DNA of 64,000 nucleotides from Eledone cirrhosa (taxonomy: Eukaryota). Within the stretch, counting starts at the first letter, position 1; every line of letters starts with the position of its first letter. Location: contig OZ024742.1 of the NCBI GenBank assembly GCA_964016885.1, positions 350,548,001 to 350,612,000 on the forward strand, in the 5' to 3' direction. Below, piece after piece: positions 26,411 through 40,400 of the stretch. Under the pieces are notes generated by a model. That model made no database searches. It was not told where the DNA came from and saw nothing but the letters and a program-made list of their open reading frames with translations. The position numbers and the translations under genes were made by a program.

Positions 26411-26763
26411 GTTGGTGGTAAAGAGAAAAATGAGGCACCTACCTCTCTTCGTACCGGGGACCAGGCCGCACAATTTCCATGGGGATGTGGGGAGGGCATG
26501 TAGGGTGGGGTGGTGGTTTGTGTGGGGGGGCATCAGAGTTTGGTGGGTTGGAGTGTTTGGTGTGGTGTGGGTGTCTGGGTGGGGACATTTTTCATGAGGA
26601 CTCGATTCATTGGTTTTACACAGGGGGGGGGGGGGCAACGTCCTCAGGAAAATTGTCTTTTAGTTCTATATAAATGTATATCGGAGTTGTAATCATTTTA
26701 AAAGAGGGCTTCTCTGTGGCCCTCGTGAAATTTGGCACTTCGGTTCGCACCGAAGGGTTTTAT

Positions 26764-28275
26764 TCAATTTTGTTTACAAGTTTTATATTTTTTGTGTTGA
26801 AGTGTGTGTATAACTGTGTCTGTAATTTTTGTTGGTTTTTGTTCTGTATCTTTTTGCGTTTTGTTTTGGGGAGGGGCTATTTTCCTTTGTGTGGGTGCGG
26901 TGTGTTTTCTTTTTTTTAGCTCTAATTTTTGGAAGGGTTCCCCCTCGTCTTCTGACGTTAAGGGATCCTCTTCCATGTTGGAGGGGAGGGGTATATTTGG
27001 GGGTTTTGTTAAGTATGTTGTTGGAGTTGTTTTAGGTGGGTAGTGGTTGGGTGGGACCGTGTTCAGTTTTTTGTTGACTTCTTGTGTTTGTTGCTGTTGT
27101 TGTGCTGGTGGTGGTGGTGGTGTTGTTTTTGGAGGTGTTGGCAGTTAAGGTTTTTTAGTTTGTTGAGGACAGGCAGCCCTCAGGTGACCTCTGCCTCCAC
27201 ACAAGTAGCAAGCGGGCCGCCTACCCTGAACTGCAATGTTCATAAATTGGGAGCTTTCCAGGGAAACTCTTTGGAGTTACTGTTGATACGTTCTGGTTTC
27301 ATTCGAACCAGAACCTGTATGACTATACCGCCAAAGTGGCCCCTGGTGGCTTTGCCTATATCAAGGAGTTCATCTTCGTCGTCCAGTATCCCTCCTAGTA
27401 TCCACATATTTGTATTTGGGTGTATCCCGGAGATGTTATTTTTTGAGTTTTCTTCCCCATGTAGGTGGGGAAGAAAGTGTACTGTTTGGACACAATTGGC
27501 GACACCGATTATTTTTGGGCCACCAATTGGTCCTTCATCAAAATTGTCAGACTCCCATATAATTTCCCTCTCTCAATAAAAATCATGTCCTTCAACGCGT
27601 CTTTTGGCACCAGCTCAATTTTGCTATGCGATAATTGGGCTGGTTTTTTCGACGCATTTGATATAGTTCTAAAAATAATTGTCTTCAGGACCGTGTCTCT
27701 TTTAATATCGTTAGGGGAGATTATGGTGAATTCACCGTTTTCACCAAAGCTCCTATTTACTCCCCCCCCCCCTTTAGCAATTCCGCTGCATTACTGATGT
27801 CAACTGCGGTGAAAGTTTCGAACTTTTTAACGACCTGGGCAAAGGATATTGGTGTTGTGGGGTATTTTTTTGTGTTTCGTTGCTGTTGTTCTTGTTTTCT
27901 TGGGTGTTTGCGTTTTGGTTGTTGTTTGCGGTACAGTTTTTGGGGTTTCCACTCATTTTTTCGGGTTTTGAGTTCGTATTTATGTTGTTTTAGTTGTCAT
28001 TGTTGCTGCTGTTTTCGCTTTTGTGTGTGTTTGTGTTAATTTCTTTTGTTATTTGTGTTGGTGGTTATGGTGTCAGTGTAATTTATACATTCTTTCTATT
28101 TGCTGTTTCCATTGTTTGGGTTATTACCCAAGTTTTTTAAATTGTTCGCCAAATCCACTTACATACTCGCATGCGAAAGCGAGAGAAGGGAAGCTTCAGT
28201 AGGTTGAGTTACTTGTTGCTCTTTATCACTTTCCCTGGGGGCCGTGGCAGTTGTGTTTTCATGTATGGTGTCCAT
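26764..28275 (-). pseudogene. ORF1 (Gag-like) with CCHC zinc knuckle, disrupted
   Basis: GRRPACYLCGGRGHLRAACP (CX2CX4HX4C) at ~27170-27230; N/Q/T-rich N-terminus starting MDTIHENT. Confidence 0.75.
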
Positions 28276-30635
28276 TATTGTAAGTTGGTATACACATTTT
28301 TCAAAGTAGTTTTTACCCCCAAAAAGGGGTAAAAATATAATAACCACCCGTCTGCAATTCCAGGCGGGAGGTTAGGTCACACAAATAAAACAAATGTAAA
28401 ACAAACTCACAGTCAAAAACGTAATACAAATCCAAAAGGCTGCAGCCGGAGTAACACACGTTTACTATCAGCTATAGATAAATAGATAGATAGATAAATA
28501 AATAGAAGGCGAGATAGACAGATGATGGACTACATAATATAGTGGAATAATAAGGCGTATAAACCCACTGAACAGGAAGCGTTAACTGCTGATACACATC
28601 TGCAAACATATTAAATTCTGAAGGATTTGTACCTTTCTTTTTTATATATCTCTATTTCCTTTAGACCTAAAATAATTGAATAAATTAGATTTTGATTCGC
28701 AATCATAAGGACTCGCGGTAGATCCTACAGAGTATCTAAGAAGTTCCAGCTGGGCCGATTCACTATTTGTTTCAGGTAATAATCAAAATACTACCTCATC
28801 CAATCTGTGTTTGTTTTATGGTGAGAGGTTTTGATTTGATAGAGGTTCGTTGGGTGAGCGTGGATCAGTGAAGCAGATAACATCTCGTGTTAAATAGAAA
28901 AGATTCCTATATATGTTTAGAGATTTAATCAATTATGGTAAAGGGAAATTTATGACAATTATTTCGAACACCAGGGAAGATAATGGTCGAATTAACCGAT
29001 CGTGGTAATACATCTGAAGATATGTTTTTAACAACAATGCCCAACTGAATACACCCAACTTTAATATGATCAGTTATTTTTACTATGAATCTATACTTTC
29101 ATTATCTCAACTATCTTCTCATAGTGTTACTTATTGTTGCTGTGTTCCCAACACAACTTCTCAAAAGACTGTACATAGTTATAATTAGAAAATACTTATA
29201 GCAAGTAACTGGTTACTTGTAATTAAATAACAAAAAAAGACAAATTATATTATACTTAAGGGTATAGGGATTATACGAAATAACTACTTGGAGTATTTAT
29301 AATTCCTCTAATAAAATTCTTCAAACTAAACAGCACAATTCGACCGAAATGTAATCCAGAAACTAATATCTAAACAAACTCGAGGGATTTGCATATTATA
29401 CATGGAATCTAAATTCTCAGCTATTTCAGAACTGATGCTGGTTATGGTTGGTTATTTCTGGTTATAACCCATTAAAAGAAATACTCGTTTCTACGTTTTC
29501 AAATGAATGGGAGAGGAATGTAAAATAAATTTCGAAAATAATAAAAAGGAAAAAACAAAACCGAAGCAAAACAAATCAAAATCTTTCTTCTTTCCAATAA
29601 TTACTCTCTGGAGCTTTCAAGTATTATTTACCAAACTTTTTGATTTTAATTTGAACAAACACAATTGGAGGAGTTTCCTTATCCCAAAGAAAATTAACTC
29701 ATTGAAAGCAAAAAGTGGCTGATATTGAAATGAGGACGATAGGAACTTTGATAATGACTAGTAAATACGGTTTTAAAAGATCTCATGAGTTTCTTTTTGT
29801 GTTATAGAAAATTCGAAAGGCAATCTTATTATTTCTGAGTAGAAGGACGTTTTACGTATACAATCAATAAGACTTATATTAAAACCAGTATTTTTGATGA
29901 GATATTGATCTGCAGAGAGTGAAAGAGCGCAACGTAGAAATAAAAACGAAACAAAGAAAATATAAAACTATTTAGATTTGCAGCAAAACAAGTAGACGAG
30001 TGAAAGAATGTAATCAAGACTCAACTAGACAGAAGGGATTTATTTGAAACGGAAAAAAGTATTGCAAGGGGATTAGACGGTCTAAGAATTGAAGATAATG
30101 GGCAGAAAGGATGCTGAAAAGCTTATGTCAATATAAAGCTGAGCGATCCTTTGAAAAAATAAATCAATTTGTAGAAAATAAATATTTCTGTTAACTTTGT
30201 TTCTAGCGAATATTTTCTTCTGTTAAAGTAAGTTAAGTGTTCGTTCTTTTAGTAGTTTCTAAAACTCAGTATAACTTATTTCTACAATGTATCGAAATAT
30301 AAATCATACTTTTATATTAAAAAAAAGCTTAGTGTAGTGGAGGCTTACTACAAAGGAAGATATGTGAGAAACCTTCATTTTTTTTCCACCATTCTCATAC
30401 AAAATATACTATCGATCGTAACAATCATGGCAAGGTTTTTTGTTTCTGATTTAAATATAATAAAAAATATAGCATAAGGGTTAGTTTATGTAAAATATCT
30501 GATTTTATACATTCTACAGATGTTTAACAGCAATATACAAAACCATGCTCTATGTAAACATATACCCATTCTAGAAACTCGGTTTTGCAGTGCCATTTCT
30601 CTGATGAAATTCTTTTGTCATGCCTTTATACATAC

Positions 30636-30694
<59 letters not shown>

Positions 30695-30695
<1 letters not shown>

Positions 30696-31672
30696 TAGCT
30701 GCAGTACCCGGTAATACCCGGGAAAGGTGGGGTTATATGCAGTTCTCAGAGTGCGCTTGAAAATGCTAGCGACCCTGGGTGCCCATACTGGATTTTCAAT
30801 AGCAACCTTTGCTAGGTGTGTTTATGGCAGAAAAATTTTTTGTGTGGAAATATCAATAACTGTTTAAGTCATAAGTCCTTCTTTCATCCAGCTTTCTTCA
30901 TTTAGAGTGAATAAGCCGAGAAAGTTTGAGCTCGAAGAGTATCGAACTTATTCAACAAAGTTATGTATAAGAATAGCAAACCTACTGACTTAGCGCTCAA
31001 GAACAAACACAGAACAATTGAGGAAGTCATCACAATTATTGAAGAAATTATAACCGAGTGAACATATTCAGGTACTGTTCAAGCCCCTGTATATCACGGT
31101 TTGTAAAGCCCTTCGAATGACTGAAGCAATTCAATAAAACCACCCCGTGTTGCCGCTAAAGTAGACATAACCCGAGAAAACACCATAATAAGTCGGATAA
31201 ACAATCAGAAGTGTTGGCCCTAAAGAGGGCCTTGTAACGTTCCCTGTTGCAAAGTATCAATAATGCGGGAGACGTTACATCTTCTTAATTCGTGTTAATC
31301 TTCCCACGATCCGACAACTCGAAATATCGACGAAATAAACTCATTTCTAATACGTTGTTGCCTCGTTTTGGAGGACTGAGTTGTGTGAGGAAGAAGGTGA
31401 ATAGTGAGAGGGAGGTTTAACATACAGTAGTAGTATATCCTCTTCCCGCCTCTCACTAAAACATCTTCTCTTTCCTCCTCCATTGTAAAGATGTCCCCAG
31501 GGGTTCTTTAATTGATTTTCATTGAAATCTAATTAGTCAGTCCTATCTCTGAATATAAGCTTAACATGTGTGTAAAGTCTCATCAGGATCGGATCACTGG
31601 TGTAGGCGCCAACTGGTTATACACAGATAAACAGATACACAGACCGACAGAAATTGTCATTTATATAGTAGA
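30695..31672 (-). mobile_element. Non-autonomous Helitron (second family)
   Basis: Minus strand starts A|TCTACTATATAAATG, (TCTG)-like repeat, ends CCCGG-GTATTA-CCGGG..CTAG|T in a TA run. Confidence 0.75.
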
Positions 31673-32084
31673 TATATATGCATATCTACTCCGACCTACA
31701 ATTGCACAATGCAATCCTGGATGACTCTGCTGCATCTGTTCGAGCCATGTTAATATACTTAAGTTGCATTCTTTCCATATTCATATCAAACTTCTTGAGG
31801 TTCTTTATAGTTGTGTTTTGTCATCTGCATGGGAATGACACAAATATTAATTGTGCAATGAGAGATGTTAATCACGAAATATGTGACTTAATTTAAGATT
31901 TCAGATTTGGTGTGAAAGGCAGTCTTCAAACATGCCATTCTATACAAAACAATATTTTCAAGAATTCTATATTCTAGTTATAGAAATGATCAGAAATTTA
32001 CATAATAAAAATACAAGGGTGGATAGTAATTCATATCTATTCTATGGAAAAATAATTACTGGTAATTATGACGAGACGCGTTGT

Positions 32085-32310
32085 CTAGGGGAAACTGTGT
32101 TGGACATACAATAATATGTTGTGTGTTCGATTCTTCGGCTGGATTGTGTGCCCTGTTCTTGAACAAAACACTTCATTTCACGTTGCTCCAGTATAATCAT
32201 CTGAAAATGAGTGCCAGCTGGGGGTTTAACCCTGTAATGAACTGGCGTCCTATCTAGGGGAAAGTCTAGGGATAAGTACCGGACTAGCAAGCCTCCTTGC
32301 CTGAGACTTT
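32085..32310 (+). mobile_element. SINE S2 copy
   Basis: GTTCGATTC B-box, TTCATTTCACGTTGCTCCA, ACCCTGTAATGAACTGGCGTCCTATCTAGGGG central domain. Confidence 0.7.
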
Positions 32311-32401
32311 AGGTAATTATCAGTTGGATTGAAAGGAGTCATACCTTGCCCTTATCAATTATCAATGACCTAACGTCTTGCATTATGATGCTTATTAAAG
32401 G

Positions 32402-32616
32402 GCAGGGAATTGGCAGTATCAGTAGAGCATCTGACAACATGATTTGCGGCATAGAGTTACGGCAATTTACGTTCTGAGTTCAAATCCCGCCGAGGTTAGC
32501 TTTGCCTTTCATCCTTATTGGGGACGTTAAAATAAAGTACCAGTAACGTACTGGTGTTGATTTAATCGACTTCATGTTACACCAATATTGTTGGCCTTGT
32601 ACCTAAACCAGAAACC
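32402..32616 (+). mobile_element. SINE S1 copy (longer variant, like 7126-7322)
   Basis: A-box, B-box and shared body. Confidence 0.8.
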
Positions 32617-32969
32617 TTTATAATAGTTATTTCTAAAACGTCTATTTAGTTTTGTGGTGCCAATTTTACATTGAAACCACCGATTTATATGGAACTTTTC
32701 TTCTAAATAGAAAACAAACAACTCAAAAGTGAGGAATCAATATGAGATAATGTATTCATCAAAATGCTTTTGATAACATTCAAATTCACAAGTTATATGC
32801 AAGTGTCACTGAGATAGCATTCTTTTAGTTTGTTTGACTACTTACAGTCTGCCAAATCTGATAAATTACACGCTATAACTGGCAAGAACCTTATGTTATA
32901 AATTCTTAAATTGTCTCTGAAAGGCTAATGAATTATGATTTCTGTACTAACGGAAATGACATATATATT

Positions 32970-33230
32970 ATGGAATAGTGTGTTGGAATTACGATCATAA
33001 TGTCTTGGGTTTGATTCCTCTACTGCTTTGAGTTTTGTGTTCTTGAGCAAAACGTTTCATTTCACGTTGTTCCACTATGGTCAGATGAAAATGTGTACCA
33101 GCATTAGCTGGGGTTTAACCCTGCGATGGACTGGCGTCCTATCCAGGAGGTAGTCTTATCCTCTCAGCCGTTTCACACCACGAAACTGTGATAAGCAGCG
33201 ACATGATGTGCCTTCTAGCTTGAGACAGAC
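32970..33230 (+). mobile_element. SINE S2 copy
   Basis: GGGTTTGATTCC, CTTGAGCAAAACGTTTCATTTCACGTTG, ACCCTGCGATGGACTGGCGTCCTATCCAGG. Confidence 0.7.
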
Positions 33231-33277
33231 CAATTTAGATTATTTGTGCAATGAAATCTTATAGATTATTTGGCACA

Positions 33278-33371
33278 GTTAACCTCGGCGTGATTTGAAC
33301 TCAGAAGTTACAGAGCCGTAATTCTATGCCGTTACGCATGATCTTCGACACTCTACCGATTCTGCCAATCC
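33278..33371 (-). mobile_element. SINE S1 5' fragment
   Basis: GTTAACCTCGGCGTGATTTGAACTCAGA..TACCGATTCTGCCAATCC. Confidence 0.75.
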
Positions 33372-33615
33372 ACTTCGCTCTTTCATTTGTAAATAATAAT
33401 TATATATATGTTTTCATGAGAGAGATGTGACATTTTAGAGCGGCCTGTTGTAGTTTTGAGAGAAACCTACGTACATCACCCGTATGTATCACCTTATGCA
33501 TTGGTTTCATTTAATAACTGGTATACACTACTCCTCATAAGTTCACACTATTAAAAAGATTCCAATATTAAACACAAGAAAACATAGATACATACACACA
33601 TATATATATATATGT

Positions 33616-33696
<81 letters not shown>

Positions 33697-33835
33697 GTAT
33701 ATATATATATATATATATTATATATATGTATATATATACAGTATATATTTATATATATATATATATGTGTATGTGTAAATATATATGTATATATATATAT
33801 AAATATATATGTATATATATGGATATATATTTATG

Positions 33836-33866
<31 letters not shown>

Positions 33867-33894
33867 GCTTATATATATATTTATATATATGCAT

Positions 33895-33937
<43 letters not shown>

Positions 33938-34427
33938 TACACATACACACACACATACATACACACATATATATATACATACACATATGTATATACTGAT
34001 TTACATTACATTCACATCTTATCAATAGAAACTTGATTTGTCAGTTTTCTCTTTTCAGAAAATGAACATAATTTATCAAATATTTCTCTATATTCATTTG
34101 AGGGTTCTATCGAATAAAAAAAAAATTGAACGAAATAAATTTCCAAATTTATAATTGCAATTCAATTCTCCCAAGAAATCTATTTCTTTGCCTACGCACA
34201 CCAGTACATAGAGCCACACACCACCACATAGAGCCACACACATCCACACAGCACCACATAGAGCCACACACTCCCACACACCATCACACACCACCACTTA
34301 CTACCATATATACTCATACAGACATTACAGACATATAAAAATATTATTCTACATAACTTGCTCTCTACCCCTTTCTTACCACATTTCTATTATGTATTCA
34401 CACAAGAATTACGTGCAAGTGTGTATG

Positions 34428-34492
<65 letters not shown>

Positions 34493-35177
34493 ATGTGTGT
34501 GAGTGTGAGTACGTATATATATATATAATGTAATAATGTGTGAATGCTCTATATACACATATGTAATATGTTAATGTAAAATTGTTTATATAGGAAACAC
34601 TTATGTTAATATATTGCTACTATCACTAGTTCAGTTTTTGCCTATCGATACTTATGAAATATTCATTAACATAATAAGTGATATCTTAGTTGATTCAGTG
34701 CTATTGATATCTGTGATGTTGAAGCTATTTCATTTCTTGTTTCTTCTTTAATATTTCATATCTAATAAATCTTTAAAATGATAGCAAAATATTGAAAAGA
34801 ATCTTTCAAATTGTAATTTATTTATAAAAAAAAAAAATAATACATTTGTTAAAATTAGAAAAAAAATAATCATCTATTTTTGAAATAATCTTATTAAACC
34901 ATAAAATAGCTTATAATTAATTGTAAATATGCGTGTGAGTAATGAGAGATATATATAGGTGAAAAAGAAAAAAACGTTGAACGAAGATAACCAATACGTA
35001 GTAGATTGTATTTATATAAACAAAAATGAAATATTCAAGATGTCGCGTAAATATTACTCAATTTCTTAAAAAATGATATCTTTATGAATGTTAATATTAG
35101 TTTCAACATTTCGTTATTCGTAAGTTTATAGTACACTGTGATCTATATTTTGTTAACTAACTATTGTTTCAGCTTAA

Positions 35178-35392
35178 CCCTCTAGCATTTAAACCGGCCG
35201 TATTCGGCCAGAATTCTCTCACGTTTTCTTTTCAAACTGACTGTAACAAGCTGCCCATACTGATTTTAAGTTATTGTTCTCAAAATAATTATCAAAATCT
35301 CAGATTCGATATTAAGTGATATAATTATGTGAGGAAAAGCCTTTACCATGAAAATATAATAGTAACTATAGAGTAATGTAAATGCTAAATGG
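35178..35392. mobile_element. piggyBac-type MITE
   Basis: TTAA on both sides (35174-35177, 35393-35396); TIRs CCCTCTAGCATTTA vs CCATTTAGCATTTA (12/14). Confidence 0.7.
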
Positions 35393-35794
35393 TTAAGGCT
35401 ATGGTGGGGCACATTAAAATTCATATGCTATTATTATATTTTTCAATATTTATTTAGAGACCCTGTTACATTGCTATTCCAGAGAAATCAACATTTAATA
35501 TCATTATGCAAGCACATATGTCCTATTTACGTAGACCCGAAGGCGCATCAAAAACTAGTTGGAGTTGAGTGTCTTACACCAGTAAATGTTCAGTATCATA
35601 ATTATGCTTACAAACAAGAGAAATGAGCGCACAGAAACACCAAATTCTTTGGATTACTCAACCTACCACAGACTAAGTAAAGAGATTCTAAAGGAAGGCT
35701 TAATGTGACTGATATGTCTTTGACTGTCATTCTTAACACTTGGGTTAAAGAAACATTAGTAAGAGCACTTGTCGTGACAATATATAATTATTTC

Positions 35795-35971
35795 TACTTT
35801 TGGCAGAAGGCCAGCAATTATCCCAGTGCATTACTGGTACTTTATTTTATCGACCCCCGTAAGAGTGAAAGGCAAAGTTACCGTCGGCGGGATTTGAACT
35901 CAGACCGTAAAGGGCTGTAACTCTGTGTTGCAAAGCATGGCATTCGACCTTCTACCGATACTGCCAATCCA
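35795..35971 (-). mobile_element. SINE S1 copy
   Basis: Reverse complement of the S1 consensus. Confidence 0.8.
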
Positions 35972-36714
35972 TTGTTGAGTTAATATATGGTCAAACATAT
36001 TCAAGTAGTGATCACTGTCTTTTTTCAAACAAGACCCATTGAAATATACACTACCAAATGGGTATTGAAGTTGCGGACTCAATAGTTCACCGGTGTTAAC
36101 CACATCACTCACTGCCTCTCGGGTGGTTTCCGGGTATCAGCTCTGTTGCAGGCATTCAAGTCAAGGTTATGTGTACAGTTTAAGGATAACCCATTTCTTT
36201 TTCATTCAGGCTTAATAACAGGTTATTATTTTGGCCTCTGATTGGTATTTCACAAAGAAGGCAGTTTCGTGTGACAAATCAATGATTATTTTTTCATTTC
36301 TAATAGGTGGCGTGCTAATGTAAAGAGGATTTCTTGTTGGCATGCAAAAGTTACATAATATCCATTGGTATTAATGTCAGCAGCAAATGTTTGTGATAAA
36401 TTATGAACTATTGATTTTGTTTGCCACTACTGAACGTTTACAGAGAAATTCCTACATGAATATGTGAAGAAGAAACATAAGAACAACATATAAACTCATT
36501 GCTTCTAGAACTATTTGTAGTTTTTCAGAAATAGAAAATATATTTTTCTGTCGTTCCGAATATTATTTTCTATTGATTAATACTTCCTATACAAATCTGT
36601 TTTTGAAGTCTCAGATATAACATATTTCCATATTCGATTTCATGTGGTCTTGTCATCAAAATCCTCTATTACAGACCAACATATGTAGTCTCCAGCTCTA
36701 TACAGTATTTCTAA

Positions 36715-36716
<2 letters not shown>

Positions 36717-36803
<87 letters not shown>
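36717..36803. repeat. (TAA)n microsatellite
   Basis: Direct inspection. Confidence 0.95.
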
Positions 36804-36809
<6 letters not shown>

Positions 36810-37466
36810 CAATAATCAAAATCAAATTTTAGTTTTAACAAAATATTTAATTCCAATATTAAGAAAAATATGTCAACACATATACGCGACTAATGATAAT
36901 TTCACTAAAGAAAATTTCACCACCAGTGCCACCACCACTGCCACGATGAAAACTCTGGTCAAGTCGACTCAAATTTCTACTCCATCTTCAACACCATCGC
37001 TACAGTAATACGACCACATCGCCACCGCCGCTGCCTCATTATCGCTACCGCCGCTATTCTCTCCCACTACCTCCTGCTAGTTACTGCTGGCACAGCACCG
37101 CCATCGCCGCCGCCGCCGCTGCCTCATTGTCACTACCGCCGCCATTCTCTCCCGCTAGCCCCTGTTACATTGTAGAATTCTCACTAAAAGAGGAAGGCAT
37201 CAAAATATATAAATAGACTGAATTGATGACCCGGTCAAAATAAAAAAAAACAAAAATAAAAATCAAAGCAGCACAGCAACAACGAAAAACGTAAAGAAAA
37301 TAGAAATGAAGAGAAAAACAAACGGACGGACAGAGAAGGGAAGGGAAAAACTAAGTCAGACATTCAAACACTACATTACAATGAAAGTTATGCTTATTCA
37401 TTTTTGGGTTTTTTCTGCCTGTTTGTTTGTTTGTTTATTTGTGTTCGTCTACAGCGTGATAATGCC

Positions 37467-40400
37467 ACATAAAAGTCACGTGGAGTGACGAAACCACCGG
37501 AGTCAAGTAATTCACCGGTGGTTATGTAACCATACATTCGCCAATCCTCGATAAGAGTGTTTAAATGTCGAACCTAAACAGTTCGAATAACGGTGAAATG
37601 GAGACTAGAATGTCATGTGACAGACTCTCACCCAACAGGTGCTCCCTGGCTCAGCAGTATGGACCTGGCTGTCAACCAAATACTGCTGGTGTCGGAGCAA
37701 GAAGAAGAAGGAAAGGGACCAGAACCAACTGGACGAAAGAATTCAATAGAACTGTTATGCAATGTTACCTGAAGAGTAACCCCAAGGAGAAAGGCTATAG
37801 GAAAAGGATGCATAACATCTGGAACGAGATTGGTCCATTTAAATTAGATGAACAAAAACTGGCCGGGCAGGCTCGGGTAATAAGAACTAATGGGTGGATA
37901 AGCGAGCTGGAACTGGAGGAACTGAGCAGAGAGATTAGCTTGGAGATGGAGGGTGGAGTATGCCAGGCAAACAAGCCAGTGGGTAATGAAGGTGAAGAGA
38001 TCGAGAGAACGGGGGAACCACCAGAAACAGACAATGATCTGAATGCTGAGATAAATAATACCTGGAACAGAGATACGGCCACTGAGGAGATGAATGCTGA
38101 CGGGCTAGGGCAAGATTTGGTAGATATCCTAAACTTAGTGGTAGATGAATTGAACAATGATAGTGGGAGACCTATGAACCTAAGATTTGTAGACAGGAAA
38201 AAGTTAAAAGAAACAACAGCTAAGGTAAACAAAGTCATCCCATACCTTGAGGCGAGGAGCCTTCACCAGTGCAACAATATCCTCAAAGCAACAGCAAATA
38301 CGGTGAGGAAACTACTTGGTATAGAAGCGAGAGGAAACAACAGACAAGAAAGACCAGAGCCTTGGTGGAAGAAACGACTGAGTGGTCAAATCAGGGAAAT
38401 GAGAAATGACGTTGGAAAGCTTGAGTCCCTACTGAATGGGACACTAAAAAACATAGACACTAAAAATAGACTGGAAATAAAGTACAAAACTAGGAGGAAA
38501 AAGCTAAATATTATCATAGAGGAACTGAAACAACGCATTGTAGCAAAGAGTGCAAAAATCAGGCAATACGAGAACAGAGTCAGCCCATATAGACAGAACC
38601 GCATGTTCGACAACAACCAGAAGATGCTGTTTGGACAGCTTGAAGGGAAAGAAAGACGCAACGACTTGATCCCTGAGGCGGAACAAACTAAAACATTCTG
38701 GAGAGGAATATGGGAGCAGGATGTTTAACATAATGACCAGGCAGTGTGGATTGAGACAGTACAGTAGGAGATCAGTGAACAGGCACACCAAGAAACTGAT
38801 TTGAGTATCACAGTTGAAACTCTTAAAGGGCAGGCCAAAAAACTAACCAACTGGAAATCACCTGGCCCAGATGGTGTGTAGGGGTATTGGATTAAAAACA
38901 TAACATCCCTCGACCCGAAACTGACAACCATGTTCAATGGCTACTTGATGTCAGATGAGGTACCAGAGTGATTGACAAAAAGTACCACAGTTCTTATAAT
39001 GAAAGACCGAATCAAGGGTAATGATGTTACCAATTATAGACCTATCACATGTCTGTCCGTAATGTGGAGACTGTTGACAAGCATTATGTCTGAAGAAATC
39101 TACCATCACCTCCACACAAACAACTTGTTACCGGACGAACAGAAAGGATGCCGAAAGAAGTCACGTGGTACAAAGGACCAGTTACTTATTGATAAGATAG
39201 TAATGAGGAATTGCAAGAGGAGACACACTGGTCTTGCCATGGGATGGATAGACTACAAAAAGGCATTTGACATGGTGCCTCATTCTTGGATCACTAAAAG
39301 CCTGGAGATATTCAGGGTGGCAGATAAAATCAGACAGTTGTTGGGCAAAAGTATGAAGTCCTGGGAAACAGAGTTAACATCAACTGGAGAATCCTTGGGA
39401 AGCGTGAAGATCAAGAGAGGTATCTTCCAGAGAGATAGTCTGTCCCCTCTGTTGTTTGTCCTTGCCCTGATGCCCCTGACCATTATACTGCGAAAAGTGA
39501 GAGCAGGATACAAGTTGGGAAAGGGAAGGCTTACCATCAATCACCTCCTCTTCATGGACGATCTTAAGCTCTTCGGGAAGAGTGAGAAGGAGTTGGATAT
39601 GCTTGTTGACACTGTCCGTATTTTCAGCAATGTTATATGTATGCAATTTGGTATTAGTAAGTGTGGAGTCCTTGTGATGAAGAGGGGTAAATTGAGGAGA
39701 AGCAACGGAATCCAGGTACCAACAGGTGAGATGATAGAGGAAATTGACACTGAAGAAGGATACAAGTATTTGGGAATTCTGGAGGCTGATGACATCAAGA
39801 ACAATAAAATGAAGGAATTGATAAGATCTGAGTACATTCGGCGAGTAAGGAGCGTATTAAAGTCACATCTGAACAGTAGGAATGCGATAAGTGCAGTAAA
39901 TTACATAGCTGTGTCTATTATTAGGTACAGTGCGGGAATTCTGAGATGGAATGTTGCTGAACAAAAAGAAATGGATAGGAAGACTAGGAAGCTATTGACT
40001 ATCTACAACATGTTCCACAAGAGGAGTGATGTCGATAGACTCTACTTAAGGAGATCTGAAGGTGGAAGAGGTCTTATCAGCATAGAGGACTGTGTTCAGA
40101 TGGAGAAAAACAACCTACACAAATACGTGACTGATAGTAAGGAGCCAATGCTCAGAATTGTACTGAAGGCGGAACAATAGACCAGGGGATGTACAAGGAG
40201 GAAATAACAACAAGGAGAAAGAACAACCTTCATGAAAAATCCCTTCATAGTACATTCTTTGAGAAAATTAAATTCAGAGATCCACAGACATGGAACTGGT
40301 TGAAAGGAGGAGACCTTAAAAAGGCTACAGAAGGAATTCTAATGGCTGCGCAAGAGCAGGCCCTCAAAACGAAGTGGCTAAAACACCATATTTAGAAGGA

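Larger units (their letters stand above)
22829..28524 (-). mobile_element. Full-length decayed L1/Tx1-type non-LTR retrotransposon with 17-bp TSD
   Basis: TSD ATGGACTACATAATATA at 22812-22828 and 28525-28541; ORF1 plus ORF2; AATAAA near the 3' end (~22838-22843 minus). Confidence 0.9.

Noticed and set aside
29650-30150. Purine-rich stretch resembling an ancient LINE RT or a host exon
   Set aside because: Too degenerate; no motif could be read with confidence.
31578-31590. CTGATGA on the minus strand (also 30601 plus) as a hammerhead core
   Set aside because: No properly placed GAAA, stem III or stem I; lies in an ordinary Helitron or unique sequence.
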